DNA of 64,000 nucleotides, from contig JAWLHY010000005.1 in NCBI GenBank assembly GCA_041690135.1, positions 1 to 64,000 on the forward strand, in the 5' to 3' direction. This stretch comes from Armatimonadota bacterium (GTDB lineage Bacteria > Armatimonadota > SYMT01). Shown one piece after another: positions 9,577 to 19,476 of this stretch; position 1 is the stretch's first letter; every line of letters begins with the position of its first letter. Made by a program: the position numbers and the translations under genes. The notes under the pieces were generated by a model. It ran no database searches, was not told the origin of the DNA, and saw nothing but the letters and a program-made list of their open reading frames with translations.

Positions 9577-10680
9577 CTACCCGGTCCAGGACGCAACCGC
9601 TTCTTCGAACGCGCCGATCTCTTCGGCGGAGGTGAGCGCGCCGATCTCCAGGGTGTATTCACGGATCTCGCGGGGTTCCAGATAGGCCAGGCGTCCCGCT
9701 TCCCGCTCCTTTACGCGGCCAACGGGAAGGCAGTTTGCGGGCTCCATCCCCACCACGTAGTTCCGCTGCCCCAGCATCTTCCACTCGGTATAGAAGGGCA
9801 GTTCATTCCGGTTGAACCGGACATAGGCCCCAAACCCGAGGCCCCGGTTGACGATCGCCGTTCCCGTGCGGCCGGCGGCGTCCGCTCCCAGTTCATGGAA
9901 GTAGGCCTTTTCGGCGTACTGGTGGACCGGAGCGTCGAACTCGCGGGCCTGTTCCTGACCCTCTGCGGCGTCGGCATCGCGCGGAGTGATTTTTCGTGAG
10001 GGAGAAAGGAGTTGGGAACCGGCATCCACGGCCGGGAAGCCGATGTTGATGTGGTACAGCAACTGATGCTCCACGCGCTCGAACCCGGCGTTTTCCACGC
10101 GGTCCCGGACTACGAAATGGTTGCTGCCAAGGGTGGTGCTGATTTCCCGGTGGAGGATCAGGTTTTCCCCGAAGACCATGCTCTCCTGGCACTTGCCGCG
10201 GAGCCACATGCGGTACTCGTCCCCCTCCCAGGCGGCGTCCGCGTAGACGTTCTTACCCGGCGTGTGCGAGATGCGTCCGTGCAGGCCCAACTCCCGCGGT
10301 CCCAGACGGTCCGTACCCGCGCCCTGCTCGTCCCGGACGGGCGCTCCCGCCCAGTTGAGGCCACACGTCACCATCACCCCGCCGTAGAAGCTGCGGACCC
10401 ATCCCAACCCGGAGGGATCATAGTAGGCGGGGTGCACGTCCTCCGTCATGGAGCGCCAGTTCAGCGGCTTGCCTCCCCACTCGCAGTGGGAAATGTCGAG
10501 CCCGCGGTCGATCAGGGCCGTGAAGGCGAACCCGGTGCCGGTTCGGAACTCCGCGGCGCGTATCCCGCGCTCTTTGCCGTCCGCCAGCTCCACCAGCCGG
10601 ACCCCCGCAATCTGCTGCAAATCGCCGACGCGCTGCTCCAGCTCCCCACGGGTCCAATCCCTCCCCCATAGACGTGGCAT
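9577..10680 (-). CDS. Aldose 1-epimerase-like protein (DUF4432)
   Basis: DRGLDI, TCGL, GLHGRISH, LLYHINIGFP, VGMEPAN. Confidence 0.85.
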   Translation of the reverse strand: MPRLWGRDWTRGELEQRVGDLQQIAGVRLVELADGKERGIRAAEFRTGTGFAFTALIDRGLDISHCEWGGKPLNWRSMTEDVHPAYYDPSGLGWVRSFYGGVMVTCGLNWAGAPVRDEQGAGTDRLGPRELGLHGRISHTPGKNVYADAAWEGDEYRMWLRGKCQESMVFGENLILHREISTTLGSNHFVVRDRVENAGFERVEHQLLYHINIGFPAVDAGSQLLSPSRKITPRDADAAEGQEQAREFDAPVHQYAEKAYFHELGADAAGRTGTAIVNRGLGFGAYVRFNRNELPFYTEWKMLGQRNYVVGMEPANCLPVGRVKEREAGRLAYLEPREIREYTLEIGALTSAEEIGAFEEAVASWTG

Positions 10681-10829
10681 TTCCTCAACCCCCCGTTCGA
10701 AGTAGTAACCACAGATACTGCGGACTTAACTCGGCGTGCCTCAACCCTATAGCCGACGTAGGTCGGCTTCGCTGTTTGTAGCCGCGAGTTCACTCGCCCA
10801 GTGTTACCAGGCCTCCCAGCATCAAAGCA

Positions 10830-11402
10830 TCAACCGCCGTCCGCCTCCCCTGTTCCCCCGCGTCCGCTTCGCCTCCTGCGCGGTCGCGGCCGGCTCGCCG
10901 TCGCCTCACGCGCGGAACCAGGAGCAGTGGAACGAGTCTTCGGCGTTTTTCCGGGTGTGGGAGCGGCTCGCTTCGCGGCGGCCTCGGCGGCGATGGAGGC
11001 GGTCATCCCCGCCAGCGCCAGCCAGAGGAGGTTCACCGGAAACAACTGGTATCCGCCGTCCGCTGCGGGGACGAATAGGGTCAGCGTGAAGAGATGGACC
11101 AGGAACGCCCCGACGATCCGCTGCGGCCCCCCGGCTACTACCGGCCCGAAAGCCTGCAACCCGGCAATGGCCAGCGCCGCGCCTCCGACATAGGCCGCCA
11201 GGGTCAACAGCACCGGTTTCCGCACCTGGCCACCCACCGCGCCCCGTCCAATGAAAAAGGCCGGCGCACTGACCGCCAGGCACGTAAGGAGCAGGTTCAC
11301 GAACAGTACCGGCACCGCGAAGTACCAGGTCAGCCCCAGGACTACCGACCACGCCAGCACTCCCCCCAGCAGTAAACCGATCCAGTGCCGCTGTTGTGTC
11401 AT
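10830..11402 (-). CDS. Hypothetical membrane protein
   Basis: About five hydrophobic segments and a basic tail; follows hpnE by 12 nt. Confidence 0.65.
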   Translation of the reverse strand: MTQQRHWIGLLLGGVLAWSVVLGLTWYFAVPVLFVNLLLTCLAVSAPAFFIGRGAVGGQVRKPVLLTLAAYVGGAALAIAGLQAFGPVVAGGPQRIVGAFLVHLFTLTLFVPAADGGYQLFPVNLLWLALAGMTASIAAEAAAKRAAPTPGKTPKTRSTAPGSAREATASRPRPRRRRSGRGGTGEADGG

Positions 11403-11414
11403 GACGTCATCCGC

Positions 11415-12812
11415 TTAGCCCGGATTTCCGATGACCGCCTGCCACGGCAGATCCGGCGCCAGAAGCTTCTCCGGACGGGTCTCGGCGGCCAGCACCCGTT
11501 CCGCGGCCAGGTAGCCGCTGCGGACGGCCGCCTCCATGGTCGAAGGCCACCCGTTCTGCACCCAGTCACCGGCCAGAAACAGGTTCGGGATCGGTGTCTC
11601 CGGCGGTGGGCGCAGCGCGTCCACGCCAGGCGCGGGTGCGAAGGTCGCCAGCGCCTCTTTGATCACCGCCGATTTCACCACCTGCGCACCCTGAGTGCCG
11701 GGAAATGCCTCCCGGACTTCTCGCTCGGCGATCTCCAGGATCTCCCGGCGAGGACGTCGCAACCAGTCGTGACAGGCGCTGACGACCAGGCCCATATACG
11801 TGCCGCCTTCGGACCGGCGGAAATCTTCCGTCTTGTTGAACATCCACTGGACCTGCCGGTCCAGCATGGCGGCATGTCCCAGTTGCGTTACGGGGCGGTC
11901 CCACCAGAAATGTACGGCGCTGATGGGCGATGGCGCCATGCCGCTCCATCGCCGGAAAAACGGATGGTCGGCGGCGGCCGCGGGCAGGATCTCTCGGGCC
12001 GCCCCAAAGGCGACGGCGCTCACCACGTAGTCGGCCGGGATGGGGCCTTCCGCGGTCAGCACGGCACTGGCCCGCTCGCTGACACACTCGATCCGCTCGA
12101 CGCCACTGCGGAAACGGACGTCCACTCCCAGCTTGCGCAGCGCTTCCACGCACGGTGTGTAGAGCTCTCGCAGCGGGACGCGCGGCACCCCCATTTCGTA
12201 GGCGTGGGGATGGGAGAGGAAGCCCTGGCGGAATACCTGGAAAGCATACCGGGTGCTGCAGCGCTCCGGCTCCTCGTTGAGTGCGCTGACGACGATGGGT
12301 TGCCAGAACCGCGCGACCGCCCGCCGTGTCTGCCCGGTACTGGCGAGCCACTGACTGAACGGCTGGTCCTTGCGGGGGCCGGTCGAGAGCAACATCCGCA
12401 TCATGCCGTTGGCGATGGCCCACTTGTCCGCCGCGGAGAGGAAGCTCAGGCGGAAAAACGAGGGCATCACGTGGAACGGGGCGGGCAGCCTGCTGCCGCC
12501 CAGCCGGGAGACCCGTCCGTTCGGCTCCAGGAACTGGATCTGGTCGATCCACCGGATGTTCTCCTGCACGCCGGCCTGGCCGTAGAACTTCCACAGGTTC
12601 GTGCAGCAGCGCATCAGGATGTGCTGGCAGTTGTCGATGGTCTCGCCCGTATCCTGGGCATCGTAAGAGGATGCCCGGCCTCCGGGGATCGACTTGCGCT
12701 CGAGCAGGGTCACGCGGAAGCCGCGTTCCGCCAGGGAATGGGCCGCGGCAAGCCCGGCCAACCCGGCGCCGATAACCACTACGCGCTTGATAGCCGCTCC
12801 TCCCGCACCCAA
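11415..12812 (-). CDS. hpnE: Hydroxysqualene dehydroxylase (FAD-dependent); start uncertain
   Basis: VVVIGAGLAGL, GGRASS, IDNCQHILMRCCTN, LFLAGDW...WPSTMEAAVRSG; overlaps hpnD. Confidence 0.85.
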   Translation of the reverse strand: MGAGGAAIKRVVVIGAGLAGLAAAHSLAERGFRVTLLERKSIPGGRASSYDAQDTGETIDNCQHILMRCCTNLWKFYGQAGVQENIRWIDQIQFLEPNGRVSRLGGSRLPAPFHVMPSFFRLSFLSAADKWAIANGMMRMLLSTGPRKDQPFSQWLASTGQTRRAVARFWQPIVVSALNEEPERCSTRYAFQVFRQGFLSHPHAYEMGVPRVPLRELYTPCVEALRKLGVDVRFRSGVERIECVSERASAVLTAEGPIPADYVVSAVAFGAAREILPAAAADHPFFRRWSGMAPSPISAVHFWWDRPVTQLGHAAMLDRQVQWMFNKTEDFRRSEGGTYMGLVVSACHDWLRRPRREILEIAEREVREAFPGTQGAQVVKSAVIKEALATFAPAPGVDALRPPPETPIPNLFLAGDWVQNGWPSTMEAAVRSGYLAAERVLAAETRPEKLLAPDLPWQAVIGNPG

Positions 12813-13657
12813 CGCGACTGCCACCAGGCCTGCGTGGCAATGAGCATCTTCTGCCACGTGGGCACGCGTGCCCGGCGATGGTAGACGTCGTAGTTCTGTG
12901 CCACGATGGCGTCCAGAATACCCCGGTAAATCAGCCGCATGGCGCGAAGGCAGGGGCGGCTGTCCGGCGAAACCAGTTCCACCAGCGGCGCGGCTCGGTC
13001 GTAGTACTCCTGCGCGCGCTCCACTTCGAACCGCATCAGGGCGCGGAACGCCTCGTTGTCGACCCCGGTCTTCAACTCTTCCTCGGTGTAGCCGAACCGG
13101 GCCAGGTCCTCTGCCGGCAAATAGACCCGCCCCATCTGGGCGTCCTCACGCAGGTCCCGCAGGATATTGGTGAGCTGGAACGCGATGCCGTTGTACTCCG
13201 CCAACTCCATCGCGCGTGGGTCCTCGAACTCGAATATGTGGATGCAGACCAGCCCCACCACGGAGGCTACGTGGTAGCAGTACCGGTACGTCTCCGCGAA
13301 CGTCTCGTAGCGCCGCGGCGTGAGGTCCATCTCGGTGCCGTCGATCAGCTCGTGGAAGTATTTCCGGGGAATGGAGTACCGCTGCACGGCGTCGTGGAAA
13401 GCCGGAAAAATCGGGCTGTCGCCGTAGTCGCCCTCAAAAGCCCGGTCCAGCGCCGCCCGCCACTCCGCCATGCGCGCTTCGCGGTTGCCGGTCCCGTCGT
13501 CGGACACGTCGTCCGAGTGCCGCATGAACGCATAGATCGCGCACATGGCGTCGCGCTTTGGCTTCGGCAGGCAGATGAACGAGTAGTAGAAGTTCCGGGC
13601 CTGGGTGCGCGCGAGCCGGATGCAGTATTCGTAGCTTTCCGGAGCGGAGATCGGCAT
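12779..13657 (-). CDS. hpnD: Squalene/phytoene synthase family, HpnD-like
   Basis: NFYYSF, YAFMRHSDDVSD, YCYHVASVVG, AFQLTNILRDLREDA, GRVYLP. Confidence 0.75.
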   Translation of the reverse strand: MPISAPESYEYCIRLARTQARNFYYSFICLPKPKRDAMCAIYAFMRHSDDVSDDGTGNREARMAEWRAALDRAFEGDYGDSPIFPAFHDAVQRYSIPRKYFHELIDGTEMDLTPRRYETFAETYRYCYHVASVVGLVCIHIFEFEDPRAMELAEYNGIAFQLTNILRDLREDAQMGRVYLPAEDLARFGYTEEELKTGVDNEAFRALMRFEVERAQEYYDRAAPLVELVSPDSRPCLRAMRLIYRGILDAIVAQNYDVYHRRARVPTWQKMLIATQAWWQSRWVREERLSSA

Positions 13658-13836
13658 CGGGGAGACCTGGAACTGTACGGATTCAGGGCCGGACGGTAAA
13701 CGGGGGACGAGGAAGCCACACCGAAGGCGCGGAAGTCACTCCAACTATATCCCGACGCGGGTCTCCGGCGGTCAGAAGTAGGACCGGCTCCTCTCTCCCG
13801 TGAACTGTTGTCAAAGACATTCCACGAGAGGTACAG

Positions 13837-14856
13837 ATGAGCGCCGTCAAGACCATCCACACGTTTTCGGAGATCGACTTCAACCGCTCCGGGAAGGCGC
13901 ACTACGAGATCGCCTTCCACCACGACGGCACCTGGGGCAATGTGCTGGTGCCGCTCACCGTGATCAACGGCTATCGTGGGCGGGGTAAAACAGTCGCCTG
14001 CTTCGGCGGCACCCACGGCAACGAGTACGAAGGCCAGGTGGGCGTGTGGCAGATGGCGCTGGAGCTCGATCCGGAGCAGATCGCCGGGCGAGTGCTGCTG
14101 ATGCCGCGCCTCTGCACCCCTGCGTGCGATGCCGGCACGCGGGAGTCGCCGCTGGACGGCGTGAACATGAACCGGGCCTTTCCAGGCAACCCGCAGGGTA
14201 GTATCACCTACCGGATCGCTCACTTCGTGACGCAGGAGATCTTGCACCGGGCGGACGTTGTGCTGGACATCCACTCCGGTGGCCGCATTCTGCGCTTCCC
14301 GATGGTTTCCTCTTTCCACGAAGTGCCGGACCCCCATCAACAGCGGGAGATGGCAGTGGTAGCCCGTCTCTTCGATACCCCCTTTGTCATGGTCTACGCG
14401 AAGGCCATGGCGCGCGGCTTGCTTACGGATGAAGCCGAGGCGATGGGGAAGATCACAATCGGGACCGAACTGGGTTGGGGAGACGCCACCATCCGGGAAG
14501 GCGTCGCCTACGCCCGGGCAGGCATCCTCAACACGCTGCGGCATTACGGGCTATTGGAAGGAGCCACAGAGCGGGTGCGGCCCGTGGATGCGCCGCCGCC
14601 GCGGATCATCCGCGCGGTCCGGCTGGAAGATTACATCCCCGCGCCGATTTCCGGGATCTACGAACCCACGACGGAGCCGGGGCAATGGGTGGAAGCGGGG
14701 GATCTCATCGGTCGTCTCTACGACTTCGATTATGCGGGGAGAGCTCCCCTGGAGATGCGGGCTCCGCGCTCGGGTTGGCTGCTGGTGGTCCCATTCGCCG
14801 CCGCCGTTCCCAAGGGGCAGACGGTGATCGTGGTAGCGGAAGAAGTTGAATACTAA
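13837..14856 (+). CDS. Succinylglutamate desuccinylase/aspartoacylase family protein
   Basis: GGTHGNEYEG, NMNRAFPG, LDIHSGG, TELG; C-terminal barrel-sandwich segment. Confidence 0.88.
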   Translation: MSAVKTIHTFSEIDFNRSGKAHYEIAFHHDGTWGNVLVPLTVINGYRGRGKTVACFGGTHGNEYEGQVGVWQMALELDPEQIAGRVLLMPRLCTPACDAGTRESPLDGVNMNRAFPGNPQGSITYRIAHFVTQEILHRADVVLDIHSGGRILRFPMVSSFHEVPDPHQQREMAVVARLFDTPFVMVYAKAMARGLLTDEAEAMGKITIGTELGWGDATIREGVAYARAGILNTLRHYGLLEGATERVRPVDAPPPRIIRAVRLEDYIPAPISGIYEPTTEPGQWVEAGDLIGRLYDFDYAGRAPLEMRAPRSGWLLVVPFAAAVPKGQTVIVVAEEVEY

Positions 14857-14961
14857 ACCAGCACTAAAGTCGATCATCGGTGTTATGATCGCGGGCCTCC
14901 GGTGGGTATACTCCATGGAAGAGGCGCCGGTGAACCAGGGCTCGGCGCCCAGAGGAACAAG

Positions 14962-15186
14962 ATGCCGCTCGGGGTTTGTGCTCGCTGTCGCCGTGCTTTG
15001 ATATTGGAAGTCCACCCGGATGCCGGGGTGGCGGATTGTCCCGACTGCGGGAACTCCCTCGACCTTCAGAGCATCCGTACCCTTCAGGACCTCCCCCGCC
15101 TGCCCCTCTCTCTGGCACGCCCGGAACAGCCCCAGGTTCCTCTGCGCCGCCGAACCAGCGATTTTCCCACCGAGCCAAAGGTATAA
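14962..15186 (+). CDS. Small zinc-ribbon-like protein
   Basis: AGAGGA RBS; CARC...CPDC motifs; TATACT upstream. Confidence 0.5.
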   Translation: MPLGVCARCRRALILEVHPDAGVADCPDCGNSLDLQSIRTLQDLPRLPLSLARPEQPQVPLRRRTSDFPTEPKV

Positions 15187-15241
15187 TCAGTAGCCGGTCT
15201 CCCATCGCGCCATCACGCCAACCCGCACCGTTCCCCTCTCC

Positions 15242-16645
15242 TTATCCCCGCGCCCGTTCCCGTGCAGTGTAAAGCTCTTCCATGGCTTCGCGGATCTTTT
15301 GCCCTTCCAGGTTCGGCTCTGCGGCCATGAGCGCGCGGACCTTCTCCCGCGAGCGGCGATAGGCCGGCCACGACTCTTCCCGGGACATGCGGAGCACCAA
15401 CCGGGCGGCCACGGCCGCGGCCTCGCGCAGGTCGCCGATGCGGATCTTGTCCAGCGTGTCCCAGGCGGTGTGGTCGAACCCACGGCCGGTGTTGACCTGA
15501 CCGGGATCGCCCATCATCGCCGTGGCCACCCCCTCCAGGAAAAAGGGGAAGTGGTCGGAGAAGGCGCTCGTCTTCTGGCCTACCGGCAACTCCGCCGCCA
15601 TCTCTTCGCGGCATCGGTCGAAGAACGGTACCAGCTCGGGCCAGCGGTTCACCACCAGACCCTTGCGACCAGCTCCCCCCGCTGCGTCCAGGTTCAGCAT
15701 GAATCGGAGCCGGTCCAGTTCGTCGCGGTGGTGCGCGACGTACCGCCGCGCACCGATCAGGCCGGTCTCCTCGACTCCGAACAGCACGAACCGGATCCCG
15801 CAGCCCAGTTCCGAGGCGGCGTGCCGGGATAGTACCCGGGCAGCCTCCACCACCGCCACTGCCCCGGAAGCCGGGTCGTGGGCGCCCTGGGAAATGTCGT
15901 GACCGTCATAGTGGCAGCCGAGCAGCACCCATTCGTCCGGATGCGTTCGTCCGGGCAACTCCCCCACCACGTTCCAGGAGGTCATGCTCCGGCTGGCGTC
16001 GGTGGTCTCCAGGCTCAGGGTAAGGGGTCCGTGCCGCCGCTCCAGGCGGAGCAGCAGTTCCCCATCCTCCTTGCTGATCCCCACCCCGGGAATCAGGGCC
16101 TCGCGGTCGTTCGCGATGCTGCCGGTTTCCGGACCGTATCCCTCGTACTGGTTGACGTAGAGAAAGGCCCGCGCACCGGCCAGGGCACTGCGCTGGTACT
16201 TCTCGGAACGGTGGACCGTCCGGCTCAGCCCCCGCGGAGGTCGACTGCCGACCATCGCCAGCGCACCCCGCAGCCGTTCACCCGCGGCCTCGAACTCCGC
16301 CGGAGCCCCGTCCCCCACAGAGACCAGCGGTCCCTGCACCTGAGCGGGCGGGCACATCGGCAGCGAAATACAGGGGATCTGCCGCTCTACCGGCGCCACC
16401 ACCCGCAGCACCGCCGGGCCCCGCTGCCACCCCACGTATTCGAACGGCTCCGCGTGGACGTTGGCCAGCCCGTACCCGGCCAGCTTGCGCTCCAGGAACG
16501 TCGCCGCCAGCCGCTCCCCTTCGGTTCCCGCCCAGCGGGAACCGAAGTCGTCGCAGAGCACCTCCAGGTTATCCATCACCTCCCGCGAGGTGTAGACATC
16601 CCCGACGAGGTTTCTCTCAATAACTTTAGTGGTTACGGTGTCCAG
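15242..16645 (-). CDS. M28 family peptidase with PA domain (possible CTG start at 16645; ORF track start is 16579)
   Basis: LCDDFGSRWAGT, LGCHYDGHD, GAHDPASG, FGVEETGLIG, NLD, SDHFPF, HTAWDTLD. Confidence 0.85.
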   Translation of the reverse strand: MDTVTTKVIERNLVGDVYTSREVMDNLEVLCDDFGSRWAGTEGERLAATFLERKLAGYGLANVHAEPFEYVGWQRGPAVLRVVAPVERQIPCISLPMCPPAQVQGPLVSVGDGAPAEFEAAGERLRGALAMVGSRPPRGLSRTVHRSEKYQRSALAGARAFLYVNQYEGYGPETGSIANDREALIPGVGISKEDGELLLRLERRHGPLTLSLETTDASRSMTSWNVVGELPGRTHPDEWVLLGCHYDGHDISQGAHDPASGAVAVVEAARVLSRHAASELGCGIRFVLFGVEETGLIGARRYVAHHRDELDRLRFMLNLDAAGGAGRKGLVVNRWPELVPFFDRCREEMAAELPVGQKTSAFSDHFPFFLEGVATAMMGDPGQVNTGRGFDHTAWDTLDKIRIGDLREAAAVAARLVLRMSREESWPAYRRSREKVRALMAAEPNLEGQKIREAMEELYTARERARG

Positions 16646-16995
16646 AGAGCCCTCACCCCTACCCCTCTCCCACGCTGCGGGAGAGGGGAAACCCGTGCGC
16701 AGGAAAGCAAGTTTCGTCCCTGGTCGGAGTGGCAGCCACGGTCATTTCGCCGTAAGTCAATGCGCATGGGGTGGCGGGGTGAGGTTACTGCGGCCGCCGC
16801 AGTCGCCAATGTTAATGCAACTGGGGTCGGGCGCATGTCAGGGAGATTTACGGTGAGGTCGTAAGGCGACCTCACCGCCAGAACCCACGCGCCGTGGGAT
16901 CTGCTTCTCCCCAGATCTTTCGCCTTTCCCGACCCTTTCCGCGTGCTTCCGTGTGTTCCGCGGGCGAAAGAGGTTCCCCACTTCCGCAGGACAGT

Positions 16996-17649
16996 CTAAA
17001 GCTCCCGCACCTCGACCTTGCGGAAGTCCACCAGGCTGTTATGGTTCTGCAGCCCGATCAGCCCCTTGCGCGGCCGCTTGGCAAGCACGACCTTGCCCTT
17101 GCCCAGCGAGTTCCCGAAGTCATCCAGGTTGATGTTCTGGATTTCCACGCCGTTGAGCTTCACCAGCACCTGCGGTCCCTGGCAGCGGATATACATCTCG
17201 TTCCACTCGCCCGCCGGCTTGTGGGCCCGGGCCTTGGGCGCGCTGTGAGTGTAGATTGAACCGTTGCGGTGATCGTCCTTGAGCTTGGCGTAGTTCGGAT
17301 GGTCGTCATCCAGGATCTGGATCTCCATCGCGTCGGTGGAGGGCCAGCCACCGCGCGGGAACCGGAGACCGACCCCGCTGTTGCCGCCCGGCCCGATCTT
17401 GTACTGGAGACGCAGTTCGAAGTCGCCGTACTCCTTATCCGTGGCGAGGTAGCCGCCACCGCCTCCCGTGCAGGAGATCAACTCTCCGTTGGCTTTCCAC
17501 GCTTCGAGCTTGCCGCGCTCCACGTGCCAGCCGTTCAGGTCGGCTCCGTTGTAGAGGGTCACCCAGCCGGCGGCCTGCGCGGCATTGCCCGCCAGGCCCA
17601 CCGTCACCAGGCCCGCCACTCCCCCGACGATCAATTCGCGACGATTCAT
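16996..17649 (-). CDS. DUF1080 (3-keto-disaccharide hydrolase family) protein, Tat signal
   Basis: MNRRELI; LYNGADLNGW, YGDFELRLQY, GGNSGVG, EIQILDD, GEWN, GLIGLQNH. Confidence 0.9.
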   Translation of the reverse strand: MNRRELIVGGVAGLVTVGLAGNAAQAAGWVTLYNGADLNGWHVERGKLEAWKANGELISCTGGGGGYLATDKEYGDFELRLQYKIGPGGNSGVGLRFPRGGWPSTDAMEIQILDDDHPNYAKLKDDHRNGSIYTHSAPKARAHKPAGEWNEMYIRCQGPQVLVKLNGVEIQNINLDDFGNSLGKGKVVLAKRPRKGLIGLQNHNSLVDFRKVEVREL

Positions 17650-17666
17650 GGATTTCGGCTCCCGCT

Positions 17667-18320
17667 CTAGTTCAGTTCACGGATCTCGATGTTGCGGAAA
17701 TCCACCGGGTCGCCGTGGCTCTGCACCCCGACATGGCCCTTGCGCGGCCGTTCCACGAGCGCTTTGTGCCCGCCCTGGCCCACGGTGAACTCTTCCACGT
17801 TGACGTCCTGGATGACGACGCCGTTCAACTTGACCCGGATCTTTGGCCCTTCGCAGCGCACCACGTAACGGTTCCATTCGCCCGGCTTCTTCGCGGCCTT
17901 CGCCTTGGGCGCGGCCTGGTAATAGAGGCCGCCGGTGTACTGGGCATCCTTCAGCTTGCCCTTGTACTGTGGGGCATCATCGTCCAGCATCTGGATTTCG
18001 ATGCCCGCGTGCGCAGGGTCGCCCGTCCCCGGGTAGCGGATGCCGAGGCCGCTGTTCCCGCCCGGCGGGACGCGCCACTCGATGCGCATCTCGAAGTCGC
18101 CGTACTCCTTATCGGAGGTGAGCCAGCCCCCGCCCGGCGCCACGCAGGAGATCATCTCCCCGTTGGCCTTCCAGCACTCCATCTTGCCGTTCTGCACATG
18201 CCAGCCGGTCAGGTCTTTGCCGTTGTACAGCTTCTCCCATTTGCCTTTGCCGAACGCCGAAGGGCTCAGCGTGAGAACCGCCAGGGTGGCGGCGCCGGTG
18301 ATCAAAAACCGTCGATTCAT
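17667..18320 (-). CDS. DUF1080 protein, tandem paralog
   Basis: Start trimmed to MNRRFLI; LYNGKDLTGW, GGNSGLG, EIQMLDD, GHVGVQSHG. Confidence 0.9.
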   Translation of the reverse strand: MNRRFLITGAATLAVLTLSPSAFGKGKWEKLYNGKDLTGWHVQNGKMECWKANGEMISCVAPGGGWLTSDKEYGDFEMRIEWRVPPGGNSGLGIRYPGTGDPAHAGIEIQMLDDDAPQYKGKLKDAQYTGGLYYQAAPKAKAAKKPGEWNRYVVRCEGPKIRVKLNGVVIQDVNVEEFTVGQGGHKALVERPRKGHVGVQSHGDPVDFRNIEIRELN

Positions 18321-18504
18321 GAGGTCACTCCGAGGATCAAAGAGAATAGCAGCTTTAACTTTCGCCATCTCGAGGCCACTTCCCTGTCGCCTGCGGCGGT
18401 GCGCAGAAATGCAACAACGCCGGTAGCTTCGCGAATTAGGACGAGGATTACGATGAGGATAAAGAGGGCCTGCTGCGGAAACCTGAAGACGAAAGGAGCC
18501 CCCT

Positions 18505-19314
18505 ATGCGCGTGTTGATCATGTCCGATATGGAAGGCGTGTCCGGGATCGTCGATTGGAACCAGGTGAATGGCGGCGCTTCCATGTACGAGGAAGGCCGG
18601 CGGCTGTACACGGAAGAGATCAACGCCGCGGTGCGCGGCGCCCGGGCCGGAGGGGCGACGGAGATCGTGGTGGTCGACTGTCACGGCGCGGGTGGGGCCT
18701 GGCAGTTCAACTCACTCGTACCGGAGTTGCTCGACCCGAACTGTGAGTGGGTCGCCCACCATACCTGGACCGGCTACACGGAGCTTCTGGAGAAAGGATG
18801 CGACGCGGCCCTCTTCGTGGGCATGCACGCGAAGGCGGGCACGGCGGACGGCGTGCTCTCTCACACCGTCTCCAGCGAAGCCTGGCACAACCTCTGGTTC
18901 AACGGGACCCTGGTCGGGGAGACCGGTATCAACGCGGCGCTCTGCGGGAATTGGGGCTGCCCCGTGCTGCTGGTCACCGGCGACGAGGCGACATGCACCG
19001 AGGCACGGGACCTGCTGGGCGAGGGCTTGACCACCGTCGCCGTGAAGCGGGGCCTCACCCGGTTCAGCGCCCGCCAGATCCCGCCCGCTCGTGCCCGGCA
19101 GATGATCGAGGCCGGCGCGCAGCAGGCCCTGCAAAACCTGAAAGCCGTTTCCCCCTACGATCCGGGCCGACCCGCCGAGATCATCGTGGAAGTCGCCTCT
19201 CCGGATAAAGCCGAGCGCTTCATCCACAAGCACGGCGTGGAATCGCTCGACTCGCGGCGGGTGGTGTCACGGGGACCGGAATGGTGGTCCGCCTGGAAGC
19301 AATTCTGGTTCTAA
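18505..19314 (+). CDS. M55 family D-aminopeptidase (DppA-like)
   Basis: SDMEGVSG, VVDCHG, FVGMHAKAG, GVLSHT, VGETGINA, LVTGD. Confidence 0.9.
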   Translation: MRVLIMSDMEGVSGIVDWNQVNGGASMYEEGRRLYTEEINAAVRGARAGGATEIVVVDCHGAGGAWQFNSLVPELLDPNCEWVAHHTWTGYTELLEKGCDAALFVGMHAKAGTADGVLSHTVSSEAWHNLWFNGTLVGETGINAALCGNWGCPVLLVTGDEATCTEARDLLGEGLTTVAVKRGLTRFSARQIPPARARQMIEAGAQQALQNLKAVSPYDPGRPAEIIVEVASPDKAERFIHKHGVESLDSRRVVSRGPEWWSAWKQFWF

Positions 19315-19476
19315 TCTCGCCCTGTACGGGGTTTCCTCTCGACACGGAGGGACACAGACGGAACAAGAGGGCACACAGAGGGTTGTGAGAATCCGCTGTT
19401 CCCAGCCCGTGCGGGCTTCGCTGTTTGGTGCGCGAGCGTACTCACCCGACGGTAGCGTCGGGTTCTTGGCAGGCCC

